24,000 bases of DNA from positions 334,805-358,804 of the forward strand of contig NZ_BMLW01000004.1 of NCBI RefSeq assembly GCF_014645515.1. Direction: 5' to 3'. The notes below the pieces were generated by a model. That model worked only from the letters and a program-made list of their open reading frames with translations. It was not told where the DNA came from and searched no databases. A program made the position numbers and the translations under genes. The stretch is from Oceanobacillus neutriphilus. GTDB taxonomy: Bacteria > Bacillota > Bacilli > Bacillales > Amphibacillaceae. Shown here piece after piece: positions 17,330 to 24,000 of the stretch; positions within the stretch are counted from its first letter, which is position 1, and every line of letters starts with the position of its first letter.

Positions 17330-17385
17330 ACTGTATAAGTAAGAAGGAATTTGGTTCAGCCCCTTCGCACTTATACAGTTTTTTT
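17330..17385 (+). terminator. Rho-independent terminator about 200 nt downstream of the adenine deaminase stop
   Basis: Perfect 11-bp stem ACTGTATAAGT (17330-17340) / ACTTATACAGT (17369-17379), extended by GAAGG/CCTTC, followed by T7. Confidence 0.75.
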
Positions 17386-17733
17386 ATTAATTATATCCTC
17401 TCATGTGTAATACTTCTTAAAATGGGTATTAATTCTATAGGCAGATTTTTTCAGCAGCTTAATTAGGTATTCATGCATACAGTTGTTTGTATGCTGAACT
17501 AACCTAAGGAATGGTCTGAAAATAGACAGTAGATGCTCTCTCTATAAAAAAGCATACATAGAACTTCAGTAAAAAAGATCACTATCTTACCGAAAAAATC
17601 TCTATACACTTTATTTTAAATTGAAGCTATTTGACTTACAATAAGATATATTGAAAGGGACACGTATGACAAATGAAGGCTACGTATGACATAATAGATT
17701 TATTTGAAGAATGTAACTAAAGTGGGTGTGGAA

Positions 17734-19497
17734 ATGATAAAAATTTTGTTAATAGCACCGTATACCGGAATGACACAGGTTGTTAAGCAATTAGATATTC
17801 CAAAGGATTTTCAACTGGACATAAAGGTAGCAAACCTGGAGGAATCTATCTCGCTCGCAAGGAAAGCAGAAGATGAAGGATATGATTTAATTATCAGTCG
17901 TGGCGGGACGGCAAGTCTAGTAGAGAAGAATGTTTCGATCCCTGTTATACATATTGATATTACAGGGTATGATATGCTGCGCGTTTTTACATTGATACGG
18001 GGCGCGCAAAATACCGTCGCTTTTATCGGATTTGAAAATATATGTCGTGGTGCAAGAACTCTGAATGATATATTGGACTATGACGTAAAAATGTTCACCA
18101 TTCATAAACGTGATGAGGTACGATTATTATTAAATAAACTAAAAAATGAAAATTACGAAATTGTAATTGGAGATGTAGTGACCGTTGAAGAGGCTCAAAA
18201 AATCGGTTTGCGTGGTTTTTTAATTACATCTGGTAAAGAGGCTATTTTTGATGCGTTTGATGAGGCAAGAAGAACATATCATATGTTTCAAAAAGTTTCT
18301 TATAAAACAGATCAATATCAGCAAATCCTCCAATCCCTACCAACAGATATCATTGTTATTAACCAGCAGGAGAAAGTTCTTTTCAATAACCTTTCCCCGA
18401 ATAAAGAAAGAATAGTAAAGAAATTGCTCTATGATAAAGAATTGGGAAAGAACATTCATCAGGCTCTGTCACTAAATGAAAAACAATGGGCACATATAAG
18501 CTCAGAGAATGAGGATTTTGAGTTACAAATATTCCCTGTTACAAGCAGAGAAACTAAGCTAGCCGGGATACATTTATGTTCATACAAAAGGAAAGATGAA
18601 TCAGCAGCATTTCGCATGATAACAAAAAAGATACATCAGCCTATCCTTGGTGGCAGCACCTATGCCCAAAGTATTAAAAATAAAATATATGCGTTTGCAA
18701 ATACAACTGATAACTTGTTTATTTCAGGTGAATTTGGAACAGGTAAAATGACCATCGCCCAATCGATTCACTTTCAAAAATTTGAAAGCAATCACCCTTT
18801 ATTTATTTTGAACTGTGAAATCATAGATTCTGATGATCTGAAAACTCTAAAAGACAGGTGGGTTTCTGTTCAAAAAGGAACAGCAATTTTTGAACATGTT
18901 GAAAGTTTATCACCGACAAATCAAAAGCTTCTGATTGAGCTGTTTCATCAAATTCCGGAATCCTTACAACTCATTTTTTTAGCCAATGAACAAGCATCAT
19001 CCTTAATAGAGAAGAAACATATTTTTGTCTCATTAATTGAAAAAATCGATCCGATTTTTATTCATACACAGCCTTTACGCAATCGAAAAGAGGATCTAAG
19101 AGAATTTATCTCTTACTATTTATCCGAATTCCACACCAGATTCGGCAACGAAACGTTAGGAATTCGTTCGGATGCGCTAGAAATACTTATGCGCTTAGAC
19201 TGGCCGGGAAATTTGGTTGAATTAAAAAAGAAAATTCGGGAATTAAGTCTTCGTGCCGTCGGATATTATATTGAAAACAAAGACGTGAAAGAAATTTTAC
19301 ATGAAGACGCATTGAAAGAACAAAATAAGCCTCTTGAAAATAAAGGCTTCTATATTCCACCTGGTTTGACTTTAGAGGAAATGGAGCAAAGAATTATCCA
19401 AAAGGTGTTAGAAGAGGAAAAAGAGAACCAAACACGTACCGCCAAAAGACTGGGAATGAATCGTACAACTTTATGGAGAAAATTAAATGATAAATAA
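17734..19497 (+). CDS. PrpR_N-domain / PAS-like / degenerate AAA+ (sigma-54-interaction-like) / Fis-type HTH transcriptional regulator
   Basis: N-terminus MIKILLIAPYTGM..ISRGGTA..IPVIHIDITGYD matches the PrpR N-terminal sensor domain. The central region has a GEFGTGK Walker A, PLRNRKEDL and WPGN. The C-terminus NQTRTAKRLGMNRTTLWRKL is an HTH_8. The GAFTGA loop is absent. The start is placed at ATG 17734 rather than TTG 17704 because the homologous domain begins there, but the RBS is weak. Confidence 0.8.
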   Translation: MIKILLIAPYTGMTQVVKQLDIPKDFQLDIKVANLEESISLARKAEDEGYDLIISRGGTASLVEKNVSIPVIHIDITGYDMLRVFTLIRGAQNTVAFIGFENICRGARTLNDILDYDVKMFTIHKRDEVRLLLNKLKNENYEIVIGDVVTVEEAQKIGLRGFLITSGKEAIFDAFDEARRTYHMFQKVSYKTDQYQQILQSLPTDIIVINQQEKVLFNNLSPNKERIVKKLLYDKELGKNIHQALSLNEKQWAHISSENEDFELQIFPVTSRETKLAGIHLCSYKRKDESAAFRMITKKIHQPILGGSTYAQSIKNKIYAFANTTDNLFISGEFGTGKMTIAQSIHFQKFESNHPLFILNCEIIDSDDLKTLKDRWVSVQKGTAIFEHVESLSPTNQKLLIELFHQIPESLQLIFLANEQASSLIEKKHIFVSLIEKIDPIFIHTQPLRNRKEDLREFISYYLSEFHTRFGNETLGIRSDALEILMRLDWPGNLVELKKKIRELSLRAVGYYIENKDVKEILHEDALKEQNKPLENKGFYIPPGLTLEEMEQRIIQKVLEEEKENQTRTAKRLGMNRTTLWRKLNDK

Positions 19498-19512
19498 GTC
19501 TACTTTTTAGAA

Positions 19513-19574
19513 AATACCGTACATGCCACCAACCTTTTTATGAATAGGTTTGGTAGCATGTATGGTATTTTTTT
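19513..19574 (+). terminator. Rho-independent terminator after the regulator gene
   Basis: About 23-bp stem (19513-19535 with 19546-19569; one mismatch, one bulge, one G-U pair), 10-nt loop, T-run to 19574. Confidence 0.8.
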
Positions 19575-19592
19575 CAAAAACAGCAAGCTTAG

Positions 19593-19611
19593 TTGTTTCA
19601 TAATGAAACAA
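19593..19611. promoter_or_regulatory. Palindromic operator/UAS candidate 1: TTGTTTC-ATAAT-GAAACAA
   Basis: Perfect 7-N5-7 inverted repeat (perfect over 9+1+9) in the regulator-kdgT intergenic region. Same half-sites and spacing as the site at 19716-19734. Confidence 0.6.
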
Positions 19612-19657
19612 ATAAACGAATATCGGTATTTAATATGTACAAACTTCAAAATAATTG

Positions 19658-19686
19658 TTGCTTTTTTATTCATTTAGTATTATTAT
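19658..19686 (+). promoter_or_regulatory. Candidate sigma-A promoter of the kdgT/kinase/pdxA2 operon
   Basis: TTGCTT (19658-19663), 17-nt spacer, TATTAT (19681-19686). No TGGCAC-N5-TTGCW element found in this intergenic region. Confidence 0.4.
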
Positions 19687-19715
19687 TTTAATTGCAAACG
19701 CTTCACTTCATTTTA

Positions 19716-19734
19716 TTGTTTCAATAAGAAACAA
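19716..19734. promoter_or_regulatory. Palindromic operator candidate 2: TTGTTTC-AATAA-GAAACAA
   Basis: Perfect 7-N5-7 inverted repeat (8-N5-8 counting flanking A/T), between the candidate -10 and the GGGGGAG RBS of kdgT. Its centre is 123 bp from the centre of site 1. Confidence 0.6.
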
Positions 19735-19762
19735 TAAACTATTATACAAGGGGGGAGAAAGA

Positions 19763-20755
19763 ATGAAGATAAAAGCAACAATCGAAAAGATCCCTGGGGG
19801 AATGATGGTTGTACCGTTGTTGATTGCTGCAACATTAAATACTTTCGCACCGGATTTATTAAGAATTGGTAACTTTACACAGGCTTTGTTTGTAGACGGT
19901 TCCAGCACTTTGATTGCATTGTTCTTATTATTTACCGGGGCACAAATTAACGTAAAAAATGTAGGGGTAAGCCTGGGCAAAGGAGCAACTTTATTAGCTA
20001 CAAAATGGGTAGTAGGTGCACTTGTTGGATTACTGGCATTTTCGATGATGGGCGATAATGGACTGTGGCTTGGTCTGGCTCCAATCGCAATTATTGCTGC
20101 TATGACAAACAGTAATGGCGGTCTCTATGTAGCACTCGTAGGACAATACGGAGATAAGACAGATCGTGCAGCTTATTCTTTATTAGCATTAAATGATGGT
20201 CCCTTTTTAACCATGGTAGCATTGTCAATATTTGGTGTCATGGGATTTGTTGAAGGGATGTTCTCTTTCGTTTCCTTCCTGTCTGTATTACTGCCAATTC
20301 TAGTCGGTATGATTTTGGGTAATTTAGATGAAGACTTGAGAGAATTTTTCCAATCAGGAAGTTCCGTACTTATTCCATTCTTCGCTTTTGCGTTAGGTAT
20401 GGGTATTGATTTTTCTAGCATCATTGAAGGCGGGTTAGGCGGCGTGATTTTAGGCTTGTTAACAGTGTTCGTGACTGGTACAGCCGGGTATTTCATCTTT
20501 AAAGCAATGAAATGGAATCCAATCGCTGGTGCTGCGGAAGGGTCTACTGCTGGAAATGCGGTAGCTACACCAATGGCAATTGCTTCTGCAGGTCCTGCCT
20601 TTTCAGCTAATGTAGAGTTAGCGACTGTTCAAGTTGCTGCAGCAGTTGTTACAACAGCAATTCTACTGCCATTTTACGTAGGGTTTCTAGTAAAACGGCT
20701 AGAGAAAAAAGGCATCAAGGTTCCTGACCATTATATAAAAGTAAATGAAAAATGA
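19763..20755 (+). CDS. kdgT: KdgT-family (2-keto-3-deoxygluconate permease family) acid-sugar transporter
   Basis: The N-terminus MKIKATIEKIPGGMMVVPL.. and motifs SNGGLY, LNDGPF, LIPFFAFALG and STAGNAVATP match B. subtilis KdgT as I recall it. GGGGGAG RBS upstream of ATG 19763. The 36 codons the ORF track adds from 19655 cover the promoter/operator region. Confidence 0.85.
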   Translation: MKIKATIEKIPGGMMVVPLLIAATLNTFAPDLLRIGNFTQALFVDGSSTLIALFLLFTGAQINVKNVGVSLGKGATLLATKWVVGALVGLLAFSMMGDNGLWLGLAPIAIIAAMTNSNGGLYVALVGQYGDKTDRAAYSLLALNDGPFLTMVALSIFGVMGFVEGMFSFVSFLSVLLPILVGMILGNLDEDLREFFQSGSSVLIPFFAFALGMGIDFSSIIEGGLGGVILGLLTVFVTGTAGYFIFKAMKWNPIAGAAEGSTAGNAVATPMAIASAGPAFSANVELATVQVAAAVVTTAILLPFYVGFLVKRLEKKGIKVPDHYIKVNEK

Positions 20756-20781
20756 TTGAGATAGTAAAGTAGGTGTTATAA

Positions 20782-22080
20782 TTGGTGAAACAAATCGCTA
20801 TAATTGCAGATGATTTAACTGGAGCAAATGATAGCGGCATTCAATTAACAGAAAAAGGAATTAATACTTCTGTTCTATTTGAAATTCCAAAACAGATGAA
20901 TCTTCTCAGCGAAGGTGTCGTAATAGATACAAATTCAAGAGCATTATCAAGAGAAAAAGCAATATCCATCACAATGAAATCAGCGAAATTTATCAAAGAT
21001 CTTCATTATAATCATGTCTATAAAAAAATGGATTCGACACTTAGAGGTCATATCGGCCACGAGCTGCAAGCAATGAGCAGTGTATTGAATCCAGAATTTC
21101 TTGTAATTGCTCCGGCGTTTCCTGGTATGGAGCGGGTGACAAAACATGGGTATCACTATGTCCATGGACAATTAATTGCAGAGACAGAAATTGCAAAAGA
21201 TCCAACTCACCCTGTGACAGAGTCCTATATTCCTGCCCTGATAGAGCAGCAAACAGGAGAACGAGTCGGACTGCTCACAAAAGAGGATTTACAAAGTGAT
21301 GAGCATTTCCAAAAAAAGCTAGCCATCTTGAAAGCAGATGAAATTAGAATGATTTGTTGTGATGCCGAAACAGAACAGGACTTAAAAGTGCTCACACATA
21401 AATTTTCAAAAGAAACGAACCGTATCATTTGGGCAGGATCTGCTGGACTGGCAGAAGTTCTCCCACAAGTATTAGGAATTGAAAAGAAAAAGCAACATAT
21501 TTCCTACAAACATTCTAGCGTAGCCATGACAGTGTGTGGCAGTTTATCTGAAAAAACACAGGCACAAATTCGTTATGCAATCCAGCAAAAAAATGTAGCA
21601 GGCATCGAGTTGAACCCGCTGCAAATGTTTCAGGCTGATTGGAAAACACAAAAAAAAGAATATAAAAATACATGTATAAAAATGATTACTCAAAATAAAG
21701 ACGTTGTCCTCTATGTGCCATCAAATGAAAATATTCGCACACAGGTAAAGGAATTAGGCAAGAAAAAAGGACTTTCCAATAATGAAATAGGAGAAACCAT
21801 TTCAGATAGAATTGCAGAATTGGTAGTAGGTGTTAAAAATCAGCTTCCGAATCTGAATCGTTTTGTCCTAACTGGCGGCGATACAGCGAAGTCCATTACA
21901 AAAAGTTTAGGAGCAGTCGGGATGCATCTTATTAAGCAGCTTGAGCCTGGTATTCCGTTAGTATCGTTAGTCGGCAAGGATGGAAGTCTGGTAGTGACAA
22001 AAGCTGGAGCATTTGGAAAAGAGGATTCTATTTATCATGCCATGCAGGAGTTGAAAGGAGAAGCGACGACATATGAGTAA
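20782..22080 (+). CDS. Four-carbon acid-sugar kinase (DUF1537 family; DtnK/DenK/OtnK-like)
   Basis: 432 aa. N-terminal IAIIADDLTGANDSG and C-terminal VLTGGDTAKS motifs of the DUF1537 kinase family. TTG 20782 (or GTG 20785) follows AGGTG. Overlaps the pdxA2 start by 8 nt. Confidence 0.85.
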   Translation: MVKQIAIIADDLTGANDSGIQLTEKGINTSVLFEIPKQMNLLSEGVVIDTNSRALSREKAISITMKSAKFIKDLHYNHVYKKMDSTLRGHIGHELQAMSSVLNPEFLVIAPAFPGMERVTKHGYHYVHGQLIAETEIAKDPTHPVTESYIPALIEQQTGERVGLLTKEDLQSDEHFQKKLAILKADEIRMICCDAETEQDLKVLTHKFSKETNRIIWAGSAGLAEVLPQVLGIEKKKQHISYKHSSVAMTVCGSLSEKTQAQIRYAIQQKNVAGIELNPLQMFQADWKTQKKEYKNTCIKMITQNKDVVLYVPSNENIRTQVKELGKKKGLSNNEIGETISDRIAELVVGVKNQLPNLNRFVLTGGDTAKSITKSLGAVGMHLIKQLEPGIPLVSLVGKDGSLVVTKAGAFGKEDSIYHAMQELKGEATTYE

Positions 22081-23068
22081 AAAACCGATTATAGGTATAA
22101 CCATGGGAGACGCGGCGGGTGTAGGCCCCGAAGTAATCGTTAAAAGTCTGCAGAAACCAGAAATTTATCAGAATGCACATCCCATTGTTATTGGTGATGC
22201 TAAAATATTACAACGTGCTGCCAAAGATTTAAACTTGGAAGTATCCATTAGCAAAAAAAGAAGTCATGATGATTTAACACAAACGTCATATGGTGAAATT
22301 GCCTGTGTGGATCTAGATCTTATTCCTGAAGATTTAACTGTAGGAAAAGTATCCCCGATAGCTGGTGATGCAGCATTTCAATATTTGCAGACAGCAATTC
22401 AATTAGCCAATGAAAATAAAATCCAAGCAATTTGTACAGCACCATTAAATAAAGAAGCACTGCAAAAAGGCGGACACATGTATCCTGGACATACGGAAAT
22501 TCTTGCTGATTTAACAAACACAGAGGATTTCTCCATGATGCTGTCTTCACCAAAATTAAAGGTGATTCACGTTACAACGCATATTGGTTTATTGGATGCC
22601 ATCCAAAAGATTAAACCGGAACGTGTATTCAATGTGATAAAATTAGCGGATAAAACATTAAAAGGTTCAGGAATCGAACAGCCCAAAATAGGTGTTTGCG
22701 GAATCAATCCACATGCCGGAGAAAATGGCCTTTTCGGTTATGGTGAAGAAGAGGAAAAAATTATTCCGGCTGTTCATTTAGCAAAAGAACAAGATATCGA
22801 TGTAGAAGGTCCTTTACCGGCAGATACCTTATTCTTCCGAGCTCAGCGCGGGGACTTTGACATCGTTGTTGCCATGTATCATGATCAGGGCCATGGTCCA
22901 ATAAAAGTACTTGGTTTGGAAGCCGGCGTAAATATAACGGTTGGTCTGCCAATAATACGTACTAGTGTTGACCATGGAACTGCATTTGATATAGCAGGTA
23001 AAGGAATAGTAGATGAAGGAAGCATGTTGGAAGCACTAAGACAAGCTATTGAACTGGCACCGAAGTAA
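22073..23068 (+). CDS. pdxA2: PdxA-family NAD-dependent dehydrogenase, PdxA2-type (4-phospho-D-threonate/erythronate dehydrogenase-like)
   Basis: 331 aa. PdxA motifs ITMGDAAGVGPEV, PGHTEILA, MYHDQGHGPIK, RTSVDHGTAFDIAGKG. Genomic pairing with a DUF1537 kinase. Confidence 0.85.
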   Translation: MSKKPIIGITMGDAAGVGPEVIVKSLQKPEIYQNAHPIVIGDAKILQRAAKDLNLEVSISKKRSHDDLTQTSYGEIACVDLDLIPEDLTVGKVSPIAGDAAFQYLQTAIQLANENKIQAICTAPLNKEALQKGGHMYPGHTEILADLTNTEDFSMMLSSPKLKVIHVTTHIGLLDAIQKIKPERVFNVIKLADKTLKGSGIEQPKIGVCGINPHAGENGLFGYGEEEEKIIPAVHLAKEQDIDVEGPLPADTLFFRAQRGDFDIVVAMYHDQGHGPIKVLGLEAGVNITVGLPIIRTSVDHGTAFDIAGKGIVDEGSMLEALRQAIELAPK

Positions 23069-23090
23069 AATTTGGCGAGACTGGGAAAGA

Positions 23091-23131
23091 TCGAGTAGAG
23101 GGGAAAGCTAACTTGCTTTTCCCTCTCTCGA
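23091..23131. terminator. GC-rich hairpin between convergent operons (probable bidirectional terminator)
   Basis: TCGAG-t-AGAGGGGAAAGC (23091-23108) pairs with GCTTTTCCCTCT-CTCGA (23115-23131): about 17 bp with one bulge and one G-U pair, 6-nt loop. No clean T-run on either side, so confidence is moderate. Confidence 0.45.
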
Positions 23132-23205
23132 TACCAATAATAAAATCTATGATTATCTATGAATCATGCATTGGGAGAGTATTAGTATAAAATTCCGCTG
23201 CCGTC

Positions 23206-23853
23206 CTATTCATCCAAGTTATAATGATAGTCCTTCTGAAAATCAATATTCTCACCAACTCTTGAAAGTAAATACATTTTATAAGCAACATAAGCATTAT
23301 ATTCAATTCTTTCAACCATATCGTATGCTTTCTCCAGCGACTTATCTGCCACCACCAGGCCATGTCTTTCTAATAATAGTCCGGCAGGTATTTTATCTGC
23401 ATCCCGTTCTGCAATTGTTTCTCTCACTAAAGCCGCTAATTCTGGAGAAGTTGCCGGTCGATAGTCTAAACATGGAATATCACCGATTTTTTGAGTAGCC
23501 TCTGTTATATTTGGCATATCTTTCCCCATACTCGCCCAAACCATGGATTCTTTTGCGTGCGCATGAATAACACAGTTAATGGCAGGATTCTCTTCATAAC
23601 AAGCCATGTGCATATTGATTTCTCTTGTCAGTCTTCCTTCACCCTCAATAATATTTAATTCCTTATCTACTACTAAAATTTGAAATGGACTTAAATCACA
23701 ACGGTAGTTTTGAGACATTAAAGTAGGCGTCATAATAAAATGTTCATCACTAACCTTTAAACTGAGATTTCCACCGGCTGCATTCGTTTGAAATCGATCA
23801 AACATAGTCTTTACAATCTCACACATTTTCTTTCTCTCTTCTGAATATAGCAT
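23206..23853 (-). CDS. Class II aldolase/adducin-domain protein (FucA/AraD/OtnC-like; specificity unknown)
   Basis: 215 aa. Motifs NAAGGNLS, E..MH, the VIHAHA metal-binding histidines, and LLERHGLVV. GAGGTG RBS. Its start overlaps the stop of the upstream gene (TAATG). Confidence 0.8.
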   Translation of the reverse strand: MLYSEERKKMCEIVKTMFDRFQTNAAGGNLSLKVSDEHFIMTPTLMSQNYRCDLSPFQILVVDKELNIIEGEGRLTREINMHMACYEENPAINCVIHAHAKESMVWASMGKDMPNITEATQKIGDIPCLDYRPATSPELAALVRETIAERDADKIPAGLLLERHGLVVADKSLEKAYDMVERIEYNAYVAYKMYLLSRVGENIDFQKDYHYNLDE

Positions 23854-24000
23854 TATATCACCTCATGTATTTTTAAATTATTTTCAATAAAACCAAAGTC
23901 TTCCTTATTAATTTGACAGCTGCTGTAATGTTGCACTTTACTGGCAGAGCAGAGAATTCCCCACTTAACTCTGTCTGAAATATCATATCCATTTGCAACA
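23853..24000 (-). CDS. 3' end of a CDS truncated by the window edge; possibly a PfkB-type carbohydrate kinase
   Basis: My own translation of the minus strand gives ..VANGYDISDRVKWGILCSASKVQHYSSCQINKEDFGFIENNLKIHEVI*. The pattern loosely resembles the C-terminal helix-loop of ribokinase/PfkB proteins (..fa.aaaa..v...Ga..s.p..ee...f). The frame call is fairly safe. The family call is weak. Confidence 0.4.
   Translation of the reverse strand, partial: VANGYDISDRVKWGILCSASKVQHYSSCQINKEDFGFIENNLKIHEVI

Noticed and set aside
17388-17660. Small hairpins and a 25-codon minus-strand ORF (MHEYLIKLLKKSAYRINTHFKKYYT) in the long intergenic region before the regulator gene
   Set aside because: The ORF has no RBS. 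The hairpin GCATACA-N6-TGTATGC (17474-17493) is short and has no T-run. There is not enough evidence for a gene or a regulatory RNA.
19655-19762. 36-codon N-terminal extension of the KdgT ORF given by the ORF track
   Set aside because: KdgT homologs begin MKIKATIE... The strong GGGGGAG RBS precedes ATG 19763. The extension would also translate through the promoter and operator palindrome.
19575-19762. Sigma-54 (-24/-12, TGGCAC-N5-TTGCW) promoter upstream of kdgT, expected from the regulator family
   Set aside because: The two TTGC-containing positions (about 19657-19662 and 19691-19696) have no GG dinucleotide at the required upstream spacing. The regulator also lacks the GAFTGA loop.
23166-23498. 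110-aa ORF on the plus strand
   Set aside because: It overlaps the class II aldolase-family gene on the opposite strand, and that gene has clear family motifs and an RBS. The plus-strand product has no recognisable features.

Overview
Low-GC, Bacillaceae-like chromosomal segment (AGGAGG-type RBSs, TTG/GTG starts, sigma-A-type promoters, lipoprotein binding protein, PurBox). It holds five transport and metabolism modules. I saw no rRNA, tRNA, CRISPR, IS, phage or recognisable defence genes. (1) 118-6959: an Opp/Dpp-type ABC importer split into two divergent units, with permease-permease-binding protein on the minus strand and a fused double-ATPase on the plus strand. (2) 7217-13661: an eight-gene operon containing homologs of all seven E. 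coli sgc genes (DeoR regulator, BtpA/SgcQ, galactitol-family PTS IIB/IIC, IIA, Rpe-like epimerase, M42 metallopeptidase-like) plus a Cof-type HAD phosphatase. (3) 14031-17129: an NCS2 purine permease and adenine deaminase behind a PurR-box pair. (4) 17734-23068: a PrpR_N/AAA+/Fis-HTH regulator followed by a KdgT-family permease, a DUF1537 acid-sugar kinase and PdxA2, which is the signature of four-carbon acid-sugar (threonate/erythronate) catabolism. (5) 23206-24000: a convergent class II aldolase-family gene and the 3' end of a kinase-like gene. The most unusual observations are: the binding lipoprotein reads as a circular permutation of the DppA/OppA fold; both ABC permeases carry large extra N-terminal membrane modules; the regulator is an enhancer-binding-protein relic lacking the GAFTGA loop and ATPase residues; and two identical-architecture palindromes (TTGTTTC-N5-GAAACAA) flank a sigma-A-like promoter, with no -24/-12 element. 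All novelty claims are at the level of protein architecture or regulation, rest on reading the sequence by eye, and need the stated computations. At five genes I prefer a start downstream of the ORF-track start, based on RBS spacing or homolog N-termini (5250, 8027, 14031, 17734, 19763).
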